Source: Azolla caroliniana
Lineage: Eukaryota; Plantae; Polypodiophyta
Direction of reading: 5' to 3'
Assembly: GCA_043228905.1 (NCBI GenBank)
Contig: JBHGNT010000008.1
Coordinates: 15,810,001 to 15,874,000, forward strand
DNA: 64,000 nt
How positions within the stretch are numbered: position 1 is the first letter of the stretch; each line of letters begins with the position of its first letter. The notes beneath the pieces are model-generated. The model was not told where the DNA came from, did no database searches, and worked only from the letters and a program-made list of their open reading frames with translations. Shown here one piece after another: positions 11,801 to 22,325 of the stretch. A program made the translations under genes and the position numbers.

Positions 11801-14800
11801 ACGCGGAACGGCAAAAGGCGAATACCATAGAGGGTGCCGGCGGTAGCCACGCAGAAAACGAGACATGGCAAGCACTGCAAGAATGTCAGATCACGTTGCC
11901 ATTAGGAAGACTCTTGCAGCTCGTGCCGCGATTTACGGAAGGACTAAAAACGGTCATGTCAAACGGTGTAGCCCCACCGGCACCAGTCCTCTTCTCGAAT
12001 CCGGAGGAGGGACCGACGGTGGTGGACACTAGTAGTCCGGTGATTACAGCTATTGTCAAAGGGCACGAACTTCCCGGCACAGTAATCGATGGAGGTTCCG
12101 GGGTGAACGTAATAAGCCTCCGCACGTGTGATGCCTTGGGTATACATGAATGGGAGCCATGTCCGTTCTGGCTACGGATGGCGGATACGAGCTCTGTACG
12201 GCCGACGGGCTTAATACGGAAATTGGAAGTCACCATAGGAGGTCACACATTTCACATCTCGGCTGTCGTGCTGCAGCTACAAGCGCAAGGCGCGTACCCA
12301 CCGTTGCTGGGCAGACCATGGTTGAAAACAGCACACATCAAGCAAAATTGGCGGAAAAATATGATTACCTTCCGGCGCGGAAAAGCCAAGGTCCGGGTAC
12401 CGACACAACCACGGACGAGCAACGGTAAGGAATGCACACCGCTGTATGCGGAATGCGTGAACATGCTTGAAGGGTTAGCAGACGACGAAGAAGCCCAGTA
12501 CTTGGAGGAACACCCGAAGATCGTACCACTCTTCGAGATTGACGTGGCTGAAGCCGTAGCGCCATACTTGCCACAGCGGGACGAAACCGAAGCTGAACCA
12601 GACAAAGATTCGATTCGGGAATTACGGCAAGCACAGGAAGCGTTGGAACGGGAAATGGCCGTTTCCCAACGGGTAAAAGCATCCCAGCTCGACGAAGTGA
12701 ACCTAGGAAGCAAGGACGAATCAAAGCCGATACACATCGCCAAAGAGATGAAGCCGGAAGATAAAGCGGTGATGATCAAACTTCTCACGGAGTTTCACGA
12801 CGTATTCGCCTGGTCATACGAAGACATGCGAGGGCTGGACCCTCAATTATATCAGCATCAGATCCACTTAGGCAAGGACGCGAAACCAGTGGCGCAAAGA
12901 CGTTACCGAATGAACCCCAACTACGCCGCCAAAGTGAAGGAGGAAATCGACAAACTCCTAAGAGTGGGCTTCATCCGGCCGGTAAAGAAAGCGACGTGGC
13001 TGAGCCCCATCGTCGTCGTCCCAAAGAAGAACGGTAAAATCCGCGTATGTGTAGATTACAGGAAACTAAATGCAGCCACAATTACGGATGCATTCCCTCT
13101 TCCGTTCACGGATGGAGTACTGGATGCCGTCGCCGGCCATGAAGTTTATAGCTTTTTAGACGGGTTCAGCGGATACAATCAAATCCGGATGCACCCTGAC
13201 GACCAGGAGAAGACAGCGTTCGTCACCGAATGGGGGGTGTTTGTTGCCGTAGTAATGATGTTCGGACTAAAAACGGCACCAGCAACTTTCCAGCGAATCA
13301 TCATGGAGATCTTCGGTGAATACATTCCAGCCTTCATGCAGGTTTTCCTGGATGACTTTGCAGTCTATAGCCGGGAAAAAGACCATTTGCAGCACCTACG
13401 GTTATGCCTTGAAAAGTGTAGGTTATACCGGCTAAGCTTAAACCCAGCGAAATGCATCTTTGGGGTGTCAAGTGGAATCTTACTGGGACACATTGTAAGT
13501 AAGGAGGGCATTGCGGTCGACCCGGACAAAGTAAACGCGATACTAGGGGCACCGGTGCCGAAAACGGCCAAAGCACTAAGCCGATTCTTAGGACAGATCC
13601 GGTGGCACAGCCGGATGCTCCGTCACTTGGCTGACTTGGCTACACCATTACACACCGCGGTACATCGGACACCGTTCCAATGGACGGATACGGAGGATAA
13701 GGCATACAACGCCCTGAAGGTACTTTTGTCGCAAGCACCCGTCGTGCAGCCTCCGGATTGGAGCAAGGAATTTCATGTGTTCGTTGACGCTTCCGACATC
13801 GCTATTGGCAGCGCCTTAATGCAACTTACGGAGCCCAAATGGTACCGGCCGGTATATTACGCCAATCGGAAGCTGTCCCAAGCGGAGAAGAACTATTCGA
13901 CTACGGAACGGGAGGCCCTGGGCATGATCTACAGTGTCACAAAGTTTCGTCATTACCTATTGGGAAGGAAGTTCTCCTTTCATGTGGATCACTCGGCGCT
14001 CCTGTACTTAGTGTCCAAGGCGTCCCTGACCGGTAAGTTGGCCCGTTGGACCTTGCTGTTGCAGGAGTTCGAATTCGAGATCTTCCACCGACCCGGTATC
14101 CAGCATGCCGTAGCAGACTACCTGAGCCGGTTAGAGTCCGGAGAATCAGGCGACGGAGTATCGGATGAATTCCCGGACGCAGAGTTATTCCGTATCACCC
14201 CGGAAACGGCAGCGGACGACACGGTGGCATCAGAAGATAGGTGGCTGACAAACATGCACCAGTTCCTAAGCACGGGCCTGCCACCGGAGGAAATGAACCG
14301 GGACGAGAGGAAACGACTGGCGGTGCAGAGCCGCAATTTCTGTCTGTTACGGGACACTCTCTACCACAAGGGAGCAGATGGAATATGGAGACGGGCAGTC
14401 CGTAGTGACGAGAAACAAGTAATCTTACGGGAAGCACACTGTGGGGTTGCCGGAGGACACTATGCCGGGGAAGCGACGGCAAGGAAAGTATGGCAGAGCG
14501 GCTTATGGTGGCCCACGACGTTAAAAGACGCCGTCAAGTATGCTAAGGAATGTGACCTATGCCAACGAATGGGCCAGCCTACGGAGCAAGCACGGATGCC
14601 ACACCAACCGGTACTTCCACTAGAGCCATTCCAGAAGTGGGGGTTGGATTTTGTCGGACCGTTCAAGCCACCGGCAATGAGAACGAGTAATCGTTATGTC
14701 ATCGTGGCAACAGATTATTGCACTAAATGGGTGGAGGCTAAGGCCTTGAGAGACAACACCGCGTCATCCACAGCAAAATTCCTGTACGAGAACATTTGGT

Positions 14801-17800
14801 GCCGATATGGATGTCCGATTGAATTAATCAGCGACCAAGGAGGGCACTTTCTCGGCCAGGTAGTTGAAAGCTTAACAACGTTCTATGCCGTGGTCCATAA
14901 ACGGAGCACACCGTACTACCCACAAGCAAACGGGTTAGCAGAGTCAACCAACAAAACGCTCCAGAACATTCTCCGCAAAATCGTCAATGAAAACCGGACG
15001 GACTGGGATACAAAGCTCCATAGCGCGCTATGGGCGTACCGAACGGCATACAAAACAAGTATCCGGACAACGCCGTTCCGGTTAGCGTTCGGCTTAGAGG
15101 CGGTCATGCCGGTGGAATTTCAGGTACCAAGCTTACGGATCCAACTACGGGAACGGCTGAATGAAAAGGAGTCGGAGGAAATGCGGCTAGCAGCACTATG
15201 CGAACTGGAGGAGCAACGGCTTGCCAGCATCCTACACATGGAACTGGAGCAACGACGACGGAAAGCGTTCGTTGACCGTCACCGGAAAGGTAATGAAAAG
15301 ATGTTCGAAATCGGAAAGCCGGTGCTAGTATTCCAAACGAGGATGGGCAAGATGCCGGGTAAACTCCGGTTTAGATGGACAGGCCCGTATTGGCTGACAC
15401 AGGAATACAACGGGTCCTATCAATTAGGGACACTTGCCGGTGAAGTGCTAGGCAAGTGGGTCAACGGATTTAGACTAAAGCCCTATAAAGGACCGATGCC
15501 AAGTAACCCGTTTATGCAGCCCACCGGCACTATCCCGGGAACCTGTCAGGGAACGGTACGGATGGAAGAAAAAGACGACGGGGAACCCGTAGCAGAGGCG
15601 AAGGAAGACACGGCAACCCGTAAGGAAAACGGTAAGGGTCCGAAGGGACCTACGGATGTGTAAGATCACATACCGTCAAAAAAAACAAAAAAAAAAAAAA
15701 GAAATCATTAAAAATCGAGGTATGAACGGACGTGAAAGCAAGGAGCGAAAAGGTACGTAGTGGGCATTTAAGAGCCGCCACATGACTTAATACTAAATTG
15801 GTACACGACGTGCGCACGCTCGAAAAAGGCGCCAAGACGCACAGAGAAAAAGCAGAACGCATGGAGACCTTTTCATTTCGCGAGCCAAGAAGCACAGAAG
15901 CACCAAGGCGGTTGAAGCTTATCAGACACGAACCTGCACTCAGAGAACCCCCACGTTCTGAACTCTCTCTCTCTCGCTCTCACTCTCATCACCACTCTAC
16001 CTCGCCATCTTTCCTCGACCTCGAAGCAGACATGGACCCACAAACGCTGTCGGAAGCGGCCAGGAAATGGCTCAGGCAACACGGACTGGATGGGTTCTTG
16101 ACCATCATGGAGGCACCACCGCACAAAGAAGCCGACCGGGTCATCAAGGAGCTCGACACAGAAGTCATCACCGAGGAAGCGATCCGTGCGCTAACAGGCC
16201 TTTCGGAGGGAGGTATTTTTCAGATCGATAACCCAACCTCGGAGCAACTCATCCGATATTTCGGTGAGTACTCTCTAGCCGGCAAAGGCTATCGAACGCA
16301 GGGCGGCGAAGATCCGCTATTCAGGGAGATAGCTCGAGTGCTCCATGAGTACGGCCACGTGTACCCCCGACCCCCTGTCATGCCAAAAAATCGGGCAGGG
16401 ATGATCATAGCCACCTATGAAGGGATCAAGGTGGATTGGCCGGTGTTGATTGCAGACGGTTTGTGCGCGGCAATCGACACAGTACGAGGAAAGGACGGCA
16501 AGGAGGGCCGGAAGCTGTGGCATGCCGTAGCTCAGTGGATAACATTGCTCGCGCCGCCGGTCGAGACCGTTCAGCCAAAGAAGCGGCCAAGATTATCGAA
16601 AGGAAGCACCCCGAAGCCCGCGTCCAAACGACAGCAGTTGTTGGCGTCGAAGGCGACGAAAGGGAAGAAACGGCTCCCGGAACCGGAGGAGTTACCGGTC
16701 CGACCCGTTAAGATAACCATACGGCGACCGGGACAGAAGGAACCGGAACCCTTGACGGCACAGATACATGCCGTTACCCAGGAAGAGGAAACGGAGGAGC
16801 CAGTAGAGCACCTCCAACGACGGTCAAGCAGTAGGACCGCCGGGACAGCGGGGGAGCGTTCGGACCCGCAAAAGGAAGAAACGCCCCCAACTCAACCTGA
16901 GCAAACCACAAGGGAGGAACCGGAACCGGTCCGTATAGAACCGGCCTTGTCGGCTTCTATACAAGAAGTCATTCCAACGGCTCCGGAGACGGCGAGAACC
17001 GGAACTCAACAGCCGGCGAGCCCAGCCAGCACACACAGCGGCCAAGGAGTAGAACCAGAACGGCAGATACAGGCACTCGGGCCAGACAATTCCACAGTGA
17101 GGACTGGTGCCGGTGGGGCTACACCGTTTGACATGACCGTTTTTAGTCCTTCCGTAAATCGCGGCACGAGCTGCAAGAGTCTTCCTAATGGCAACGTGAT
17201 CTGACATTCTTGCAGTGCTTGCCATGTCTCGTTTTCTGCGTGGCTACCGCCGGCACTCCCTATGGTATTCGCCTTTTGCCGTTCCGCGTCCGCGAAGTTC
17301 CTTTCATTGGCTTCCTTCACCCATTCCGTCACCTGCTTTCGTATGGCCTCTTGTGTTTCCCACTCTTTGGCCATGCCTTTCGACCGTGTGGTTACTTGCT
17401 GTAAATCCGCCACTTCCGGAACCACCATATTAACTGCTCTAGAGCTCAAGTGACATCAGGAAAAGTTGTTGAAGAATACAGCCACACAAGCTCATCCACA
17501 AAGAGCAATCACAACTTTCTTTAGCCCCATCGCTCCTACTAATGCTACAAGTCAATCACGGGATACACAAATGGGCTCCCGACCAGGACATAACAAAGGG
17601 GTTACAATTGATCGGGCAATAGCAATTTGTCGTGCAAGTAGTGTTGAGAATCAAGCTCAACTTGTGTGAACATGTGCTTATGAAGAAAAGGACGATGTGT
17701 GAAAAAGTGTGTGAGCACACTTTATTGTAATCCGTGTCGTTGTCGAGTGTGTGACCACACTTTATTGTAATCCGTGTAATTGTCGTGTTGATGTAGACAA

Positions 17801-20800
17801 AGAATATTAGATATTCTTATGACAAAATCGTACTCAATTGGATATCTTGGTTAGATTCCACCAACACATTTAATATAGCAGTCCCTTGAGGACTTGTATA
17901 TAAAACCCCCTTTGCCCATTCTGTTTTGTTGATGATCTTTAGTTAATTAATCTAGCTCTCTTAAGTGCATCAGCTGTCATCCCCCTACTGTGTTTTCTTA
18001 TTTTCTGGTTATTCTCTCCGATTCCTTCTCTTGCTTATACACTCACTCTCATACACACACTACGCTTCTGAATATGAATGAAAATGCATTTGCGCAGACT
18101 ACATCTATGGGCATACATAGATGGAAGCAAAGCCAAACCTGACAAAAGTGAAGTAGGCCAACGACCTCAAGCTAGGATGGCACAACTTCAACAAAATCCA
18201 CCATCATTAGGTGAAGAAATGTATATATTCAATACCAATTTAACCAACACAACAGGTTTAGACCTTTCATGGTACCTCAATACCGGCACCACCCATCATA
18301 TGACATTCGACAAACTATACCTAACACAATACAAAGAGCTTACCACACCCCTAGACGTCCACCTCGGAGATAACAGCACTAGACAAGCCCAAGGATATGG
18401 TACCCTCACCTTCAGTCTACCCAACAATCATCTACATATTCATAAAGTTTACTTTGTACCGGGACTTATAAAGAACCTCTTATCAGTAAGTCAAGCAACC
18501 GAATGCGGCTACATACTCTTGTTAAATGTAACTCTTGTCTCTTCGAATCTCAACTCCCAAACGGCACATCATATACAATTCCCTGTTTCAAAACACAAAA
18601 CCTATACCCAATTCCCATCACACCCATCAAAATATCAAATGCCTCTCATCAAATCCATGACGCTGGAATTCAAAACACCCTCAAATGGCATCTTAGGTTA
18701 GGTCACCCACATCTTCAAGCCCTTCATAAGATCTGAACACACAACCTTGCCGATGGAATAATAGGTCCTTTCACCCACCTAACCTTTTGTGAAGGCTGCC
18801 TCTTCAGAAAAATGACCTCCAATCCATATCCTCGTTCAACCCAATACACAACAAATCCCCTCCAACTTATCCACACTGATCTATATGGACCAATGCCAAC
18901 TCCCTCCCTCACCGGAGCTCTTTACTTTCTCACATTTATCGATGACTACACACACTACACCATCATCACTTTCCTCAAAAAGAAATCTGACGCCCTATCC
19001 CATTTCTTAGTCGACAAAAATCTTGTTTAAAGCCAATTAAATAAAAAAATCAAAATCCTACAAAGTGATAATGGAGGAGAATTCAATTCGAAAGAATTCG
19101 ATAACATACTACAATCACAAGGAATCCAGCATCAAACAACCATACCACATCATCCTCAACAAAACCGAAAAGCAAAGATAAAGAATCGCACACTCATGGA
19201 TGTTGCTCGATCAATGCTAAAAACTGCAAACCTCCCAAACACGTTTTGGGAAGAAGCCGTGGCAACAGCTTGCTATTTACAAAATTGATTGCCTACGACA
19301 ACACTCAGCAGCTCTCAAACACCATTCGAAAAATGGTCAGGTATCAAACAAGATCTCTCACCTAAAGATCTTTGGCAGTACAGCATACTCATATGTACCC
19401 GATGTGACTAGAAATAAACTAGAAGATCGAGCAACCAAACAAATTTTTGTCGGCTATGGTGACCGCTTCGGCAAGAAAGGATATCATCTTTACAATCCAA
19501 TCACATGTAAGTTTCAATTTAGTAGAAGTTGCATTTTTTATGAAACTTCTATCTTCTCACCACCACCTCAAATACTTCTCATGAACCATCTAATCAAAAC
19601 TCAGAAAATCTAACCCCTGATGAATATGATCCTTCCAATGATACAGTAGACCTAATCCGCCACATAGCTAATACTAATAACAAACAACCCACACCATATT
19701 TATCTACTCAAGAACAAAGCCCTTCCCTACAAACTCCACAAGAACCTACTCCATCGCTTACTTTTGAAAATCCCAAAACCCCAAAACCTCCCTCTAAATT
19801 CATTCCAACTCACATACCATCAAGCTCCTCAATACAAAGATATCAAAGCACTCCACCCAAACACAAATCCATTCAATGCACTTCAGCAAGGCTAAAGGCC
19901 ATAGCATACACATCCCTTCCACCACATCCAACATTAACATTAAATACCATACCCAAGAAACCCCATACCAAACCCATTGCCCACAATTTCAATGTTTGCT
20001 TAAACCCACAACTCAAATCAAGTATGCCTCGCAGCTATGAAATCAGAAATCGAGTCAATAAATGAGAAAGGTAAATGGATTTTAGTACCTCGTCCAAAGG
20101 ATCATCAAGTCATCACAAGCAAATGGCTGCTCAAACGCAAACTCAATCCAGATCGATCGTTACATCGTCACAAATCAAGATTAGTTGCTCGTGGTTTCAA
20201 TCAAGTAGCAGGTATTGACTTTCATGAAACCTTCTTCCCCACGCTTATCATTACAAGCCTTAGAACAACCATCGGTCTAGCAGCACAACTTAACCTCTAC
20301 ATCCACCAAAGTGATATAAAGACAACCTTTCTCAATGGTGACCTAGATCAACCAATTTACATGGAACAACCTAAGTACTTCAAAGACATCAAACACCCTA
20401 ACTATGTATGCCTATTGAAGAAAACCTTATATAGTTTAAAACAATCCCCTAGAATTTGGTACTATAAGCGACACCAATTTCTTATCAACAAAGGATATAA
20501 AAGGCTCAAATTAGATCAAAATCTCTACACAAGGCATAATGGTAATCACATACTCATTTTAGTTGTTTATGTGGATGCCATCTTAATCATTAGTAATGCA
20601 GTTGAGCATATTAAAATGGCCAAAGAAGAACTCGCAACAACCTTTTCCATTACAGATGGTGGATCCCTTCACTACATGATAGGTATCGAGTTCAATTTCC
20701 ATGGTCCAGATAACAGCATTCAACTCTATCAAAGAAAGTGCACAGAAGACATCCTTAACAAGTATCAAATGATGGATCTCAAACCATCACCTATACCCGT

Positions 20801-21978
20801 TGCTCCACACCTCTCACTCAGCTCTGACATGGTTCCCAAGGACCCTCAAGAGATAAAAGAGATGGAAACTCAACCATTTCGAGAAATGCTTGGAAGTCTA
20901 AGGTATCTTGTATCATGTACTGGACCAAATTTATTCTATATCACAGGTTATCTATCAAGATTTATGCAGAACCCAAGTAAGCCACACTTAGATGCCCTAC
21001 TCCAAGTGCACCACAAGAGTTTGTACATCTATATTCCCAAAGTTCACTTTAGGGATCGACAACCAATCATGTATCCAAACATCATGAAAATACTAAACAT
21101 ATTGACTACAAGTACTTTTATGTAAAAGAATTGATAGACGGAACCAAGGAAGATCAACCAATACCTGTAGTCAATTATACTCCTACAAATCAACAAATAG
21201 CTCATTTTCTCACAAAAGCAGTACCTAAACCCAAATTTGCGTTTTGCTGCAAATCTATTGGACTTATTAATGTAACTTCAAATAGAAATAGCCATAGCTT
21301 ATAATTCTAAAAACAAAAAAAGGGAAAATGTGAACACTAATTCACATGAATCCAGAAATAACTGTATCCCAAATAGCTTCTCGTATCTTGTATCTATACA
21401 TGTCTATTCATATCTTGTACCTGTACGTATCTGTTCATATCTTGTATCTGGCTATTTAATAGTCCCATACTCATTAATAGAATTAACGCTTCTATCAAAT
21501 TGCTATTACCAAACATACATTATCACATCATGCATACACACCTTCTGCTTTCTTATCTGATACATTGCTTCCATTTGAGCTCTCTGTAATCGGAGTTGCT
21601 TGAGAACTACTACTACTGCTAGTCTTCTCCTCGGAATTCGCAAATATTTTCCCTTGTCGTACGAAGGAGCCCCGCGAATTGCAAGCAACGGGGCTGAAAT
21701 CTAGATAAACAAGGAAAAGATATCAAATACTGATGAATGTGACGAGAAAAAACAAACGAAAACGACAACAGGGGGGCGGAGAGGTGCGGGCAAAAACAGG
21801 AATCCATCACAAAATAGAAGCAAAAAATAGGATAAGACACAGGATATGAGAGGAGGGAATGCACGCCTGTTCGGAAACGAGAGGCTAGGGGAGGAAACGC
21901 GGAGCTTTTTGTTGTGAGGCAGGCATGGTGAGAGGAGGAGGGAGAGGAGGAGCAGAGCATCGCCATGGCCATGGCCAT
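5172..21978 (-). CDS. Small (~140 aa) putative plastid single-TM protein; exons 21978-21867, 21700-21542 and 5323-5172, with a ~16.2-kb intron 2
   Basis: Exon 1 is Ser-rich and transit-peptide-like (MAMAMAMLCSSSPSSSHHAC...RFRT). Exon 2 (DFSPVACNSRG...SDKKAE) is 159 nt, phase 1-1. It splices in frame to the terminal exon ARAEVEKGQTTAIITGAIAVILGVAYLVLVQLLDSRGVKLEPPPPEAFGL*. The model needs a GC donor for intron 1. The C-terminus resembles a small cyanobacterial membrane peptide (from memory, unverified). Confidence 0.7.
6850..7640 (-). mobile_element. Possible highly degenerate LINE ORF1 (DUF4283-like) remnant
   Basis: Broken minus-strand frames contain ...KGFQHRWPNMEMILEWG... and ...MPVWF..., reminiscent of plant L1 ORF1. 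Many stops. Confidence 0.3.
8535..8770. repeat. Degenerate ~25-40 bp tandem repeat (CACAATCCAGAAACGAC.AAGTGTTA)
   Basis: ATCCAGAAAC / CCACAATC core repeated about 8 times. Confidence 0.75.
8775..8846. repeat. (CT)n microsatellite
   Basis: Seen directly. Confidence 0.95.
8930..9296 (+). mobile_element. LINE (non-LTR) ORF2 C-terminal remnant, split by the Gypsy insertion and resuming at ~17439-17670
   Basis: ..IGQL*TSSHQLQNEVGKY..LPLEERICQLCHQGVESEEHYVCH.. is the C-terminal zinc-finger region of plant LINE ORF2. The frame continues as LELK*HQEKLLKNT after 17439. Confidence 0.7.
9769..15663 (+). CDS. Gypsy Gag-Pol polyprotein, uninterrupted 1964 aa
   Basis: Gag with CCHC knuckles, protease (VIDGGSGVN), RT (LDGFSGYNQI, FLDDF), RNase H (VDASD), integrase (HxxxxxGH..CDLCQ, GLDFVGPF, SDQGGHF, NGLAE). 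No chromodomain seen. Confidence 0.95.
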   Translation: MTRPTHDLVTDRARRLAEPQRRRETFQQAAHEIRSDRSFSNVIRRVAEESLRLQQTRDQDDGSGLSSLRETERLLEALASGENEAEAFSAYESDSEGGYNVHTNYRSSNDTPGGPEDDGSDTVPTPEPEPFDQGYPEPQTEAVNPPTPEVEEAKPPTPTKEPAKVPEEEPVKEPEEEPVKEPEEEPEKEPEKEPEVEPERKPERYQQTPLNRGLILDDDMPFQYSKYRDDPDAEAHVHAFEQTWEPNHASQRLTPEEEERSKIAEFGVTLEGPAARWRRTQDPATITTFAELKAKFLHFFHKEVDQTIMVGLFYTIRQEAGESIPQFVIRFQRMHSQLARAPPEEELRTIFLNALREPLRTVCTVIDFRGSTIDQVIDRVREMEKSSSWLTLGALQRALPTDEDLRFRQAIQCTICLNAGHSAVECTMRTQCVICQSKSHTTDRCEYNLLNRQAPPVRRIEPRSSRDEDEDRWQRMNRYRPAQDVRYGDRQENDGRYGDRHDNYDRYERSDRYRESNRRDEQYDRDHSPGYRRHQEDYGRFYDPPRQDYRNKNKNNKKRNFKKGGHPRDPEHGTPRSQPAQNAPLTTGPTPATSNAESSNTRKAYCYYCRQEGHYSNQCPAKSYNKRPAVNMVVPEVADLQQVTTRSKGMAKEWETQEAIRKQATEWVKEANERNVADAERQKANTIEGAGGSHAENETWQALQECQITLPLGRLLQLVPRFTEGLKTVMSNGVAPPAPVLFSNPEEGPTVVDTSSPVITAIVKGHELPGTVIDGGSGVNVISLRTCDALGIHEWEPCPFWLRMADTSSVRPTGLIRKLEVTIGGHTFHISAVVLQLQAQGAYPPLLGRPWLKTAHIKQNWRKNMITFRRGKAKVRVPTQPRTSNGKECTPLYAECVNMLEGLADDEEAQYLEEHPKIVPLFEIDVAEAVAPYLPQRDETEAEPDKDSIRELRQAQEALEREMAVSQRVKASQLDEVNLGSKDESKPIHIAKEMKPEDKAVMIKLLTEFHDVFAWSYEDMRGLDPQLYQHQIHLGKDAKPVAQRRYRMNPNYAAKVKEEIDKLLRVGFIRPVKKATWLSPIVVVPKKNGKIRVCVDYRKLNAATITDAFPLPFTDGVLDAVAGHEVYSFLDGFSGYNQIRMHPDDQEKTAFVTEWGVFVAVVMMFGLKTAPATFQRIIMEIFGEYIPAFMQVFLDDFAVYSREKDHLQHLRLCLEKCRLYRLSLNPAKCIFGVSSGILLGHIVSKEGIAVDPDKVNAILGAPVPKTAKALSRFLGQIRWHSRMLRHLADLATPLHTAVHRTPFQWTDTEDKAYNALKVLLSQAPVVQPPDWSKEFHVFVDASDIAIGSALMQLTEPKWYRPVYYANRKLSQAEKNYSTTEREALGMIYSVTKFRHYLLGRKFSFHVDHSALLYLVSKASLTGKLARWTLLLQEFEFEIFHRPGIQHAVADYLSRLESGESGDGVSDEFPDAELFRITPETAADDTVASEDRWLTNMHQFLSTGLPPEEMNRDERKRLAVQSRNFCLLRDTLYHKGADGIWRRAVRSDEKQVILREAHCGVAGGHYAGEATARKVWQSGLWWPTTLKDAVKYAKECDLCQRMGQPTEQARMPHQPVLPLEPFQKWGLDFVGPFKPPAMRTSNRYVIVATDYCTKWVEAKALRDNTASSTAKFLYENIWCRYGCPIELISDQGGHFLGQVVESLTTFYAVVHKRSTPYYPQANGLAESTNKTLQNILRKIVNENRTDWDTKLHSALWAYRTAYKTSIRTTPFRLAFGLEAVMPVEFQVPSLRIQLRERLNEKESEEMRLAALCELEEQRLASILHMELEQRRRKAFVDRHRKGNEKMFEIGKPVLVFQTRMGKMPGKLRFRWTGPYWLTQEYNGSYQLGTLAGEVLGKWVNGFRLKPYKGPMPSNPFMQPTGTIPGTCQGTVRMEEKDDGEPVAEAKEDTATRKENGKGPKGPTDV
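15861..17098 (+). CDS. Gypsy accessory ORF2 downstream of pol (Athila ORF / plant transposon protein-like), 3'-truncated by an inverted segment
   Basis: Open frame 15798-17204 (first ATG 15861). Motifs ITEEAIRALTGL and YEGIKVDWPVLI, then a basic and Pro/Glu-rich tail. The last ~35 codons are antisense gag sequence. Confidence 0.65.
17099..17438 (-). repeat. Inverted 340-bp copy of Gypsy internal segment 11652-11991
   Basis: Reverse complement aligns without gaps, with about 4 substitutions by manual comparison. Visible in ORF 17006..17449(-). Confidence 0.95.
17790..21330 (+). mobile_element. Degenerate Ty1/Copia element (frameshifted gag, PR, IN, RT, RH)
   Basis: SWYLNTGTTHHMT (PR), WHLRLGHP, IHTDLYGP..FIDDY (IN), KSRLVARGFNQ..G.DF.ETF, DIKTTFLNG, YSLKQSPR, VYVDAIL (RT) and QQIAHFLTK (RH). 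Purine tract at ~21315-21328. Boundaries approximate. Confidence 0.9.
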
Positions 21979-22134
21979 ACGCGCATATATTTATCTGCTC
22001 AATGAACCCAACAAAACCAGAAACTGAAAGAAGAAGATGAAGAAGAAGAAGAGCTGCCCTTCGGTTTTCACTAATTGCAGACCATACCCCTAGTAGTCTC
22101 TTCCCCTTCTTCCTCTACTAACTCTATTTAGTGA

Positions 22135-22325
22135 GTCGACCGGTTGAGTGATTAGTGATTACCGGGTTGATTAATTAGTGGTTACCAGGTTGATTAATTA
22201 GTGGTTACCTGGTCGATTTATTAATGAGTATCAGGTTGATAAATCATTGGTTACCAGGTTGATTTATTAGTGGTTACCTAGTTGATTAATTAGCGATTAC
22301 CAGATTGAGCACTAATTATCGGGCT
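22135..22325. repeat. ~21-22 bp tandem repeat (GGTTGATTAATTAGTGGTTACCA), ~8 copies, in the bidirectional promoter
   Basis: Seen directly. Confidence 0.9.

Larger units (their letters stand above)
9297..17098 (+). mobile_element. Ty3/Gypsy LTR retrotransposon, non-chromovirus type (Athila/Tat/Phygy-like). 5' LTR ~9297-9717, PBS TGGCGACCAC at ~9722, 3' LTR missing
   Basis: Starts TGTTACC and ends ..AACA(CA), followed by TGGCGACCAC, complementary to the tRNA-Arg 3' end. Sharp rise in GC/CpG. Domain order PR-RT-RH-IN. Confidence 0.92.

Noticed and set aside
9794-15669. Many antisense and alternate-frame ORFs within the Gypsy (likewise within the Copia at 58-63 kb)
   Set aside because: Expected shadows of GC-rich coding sequence; no independent motifs.
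21619-21978. Single-exon 119-aa ORF (and 23276-23545, 89 aa) as complete genes
   Set aside because: The downstream halves are pyrimidine-rich intron sequence; spliced models explain them better.
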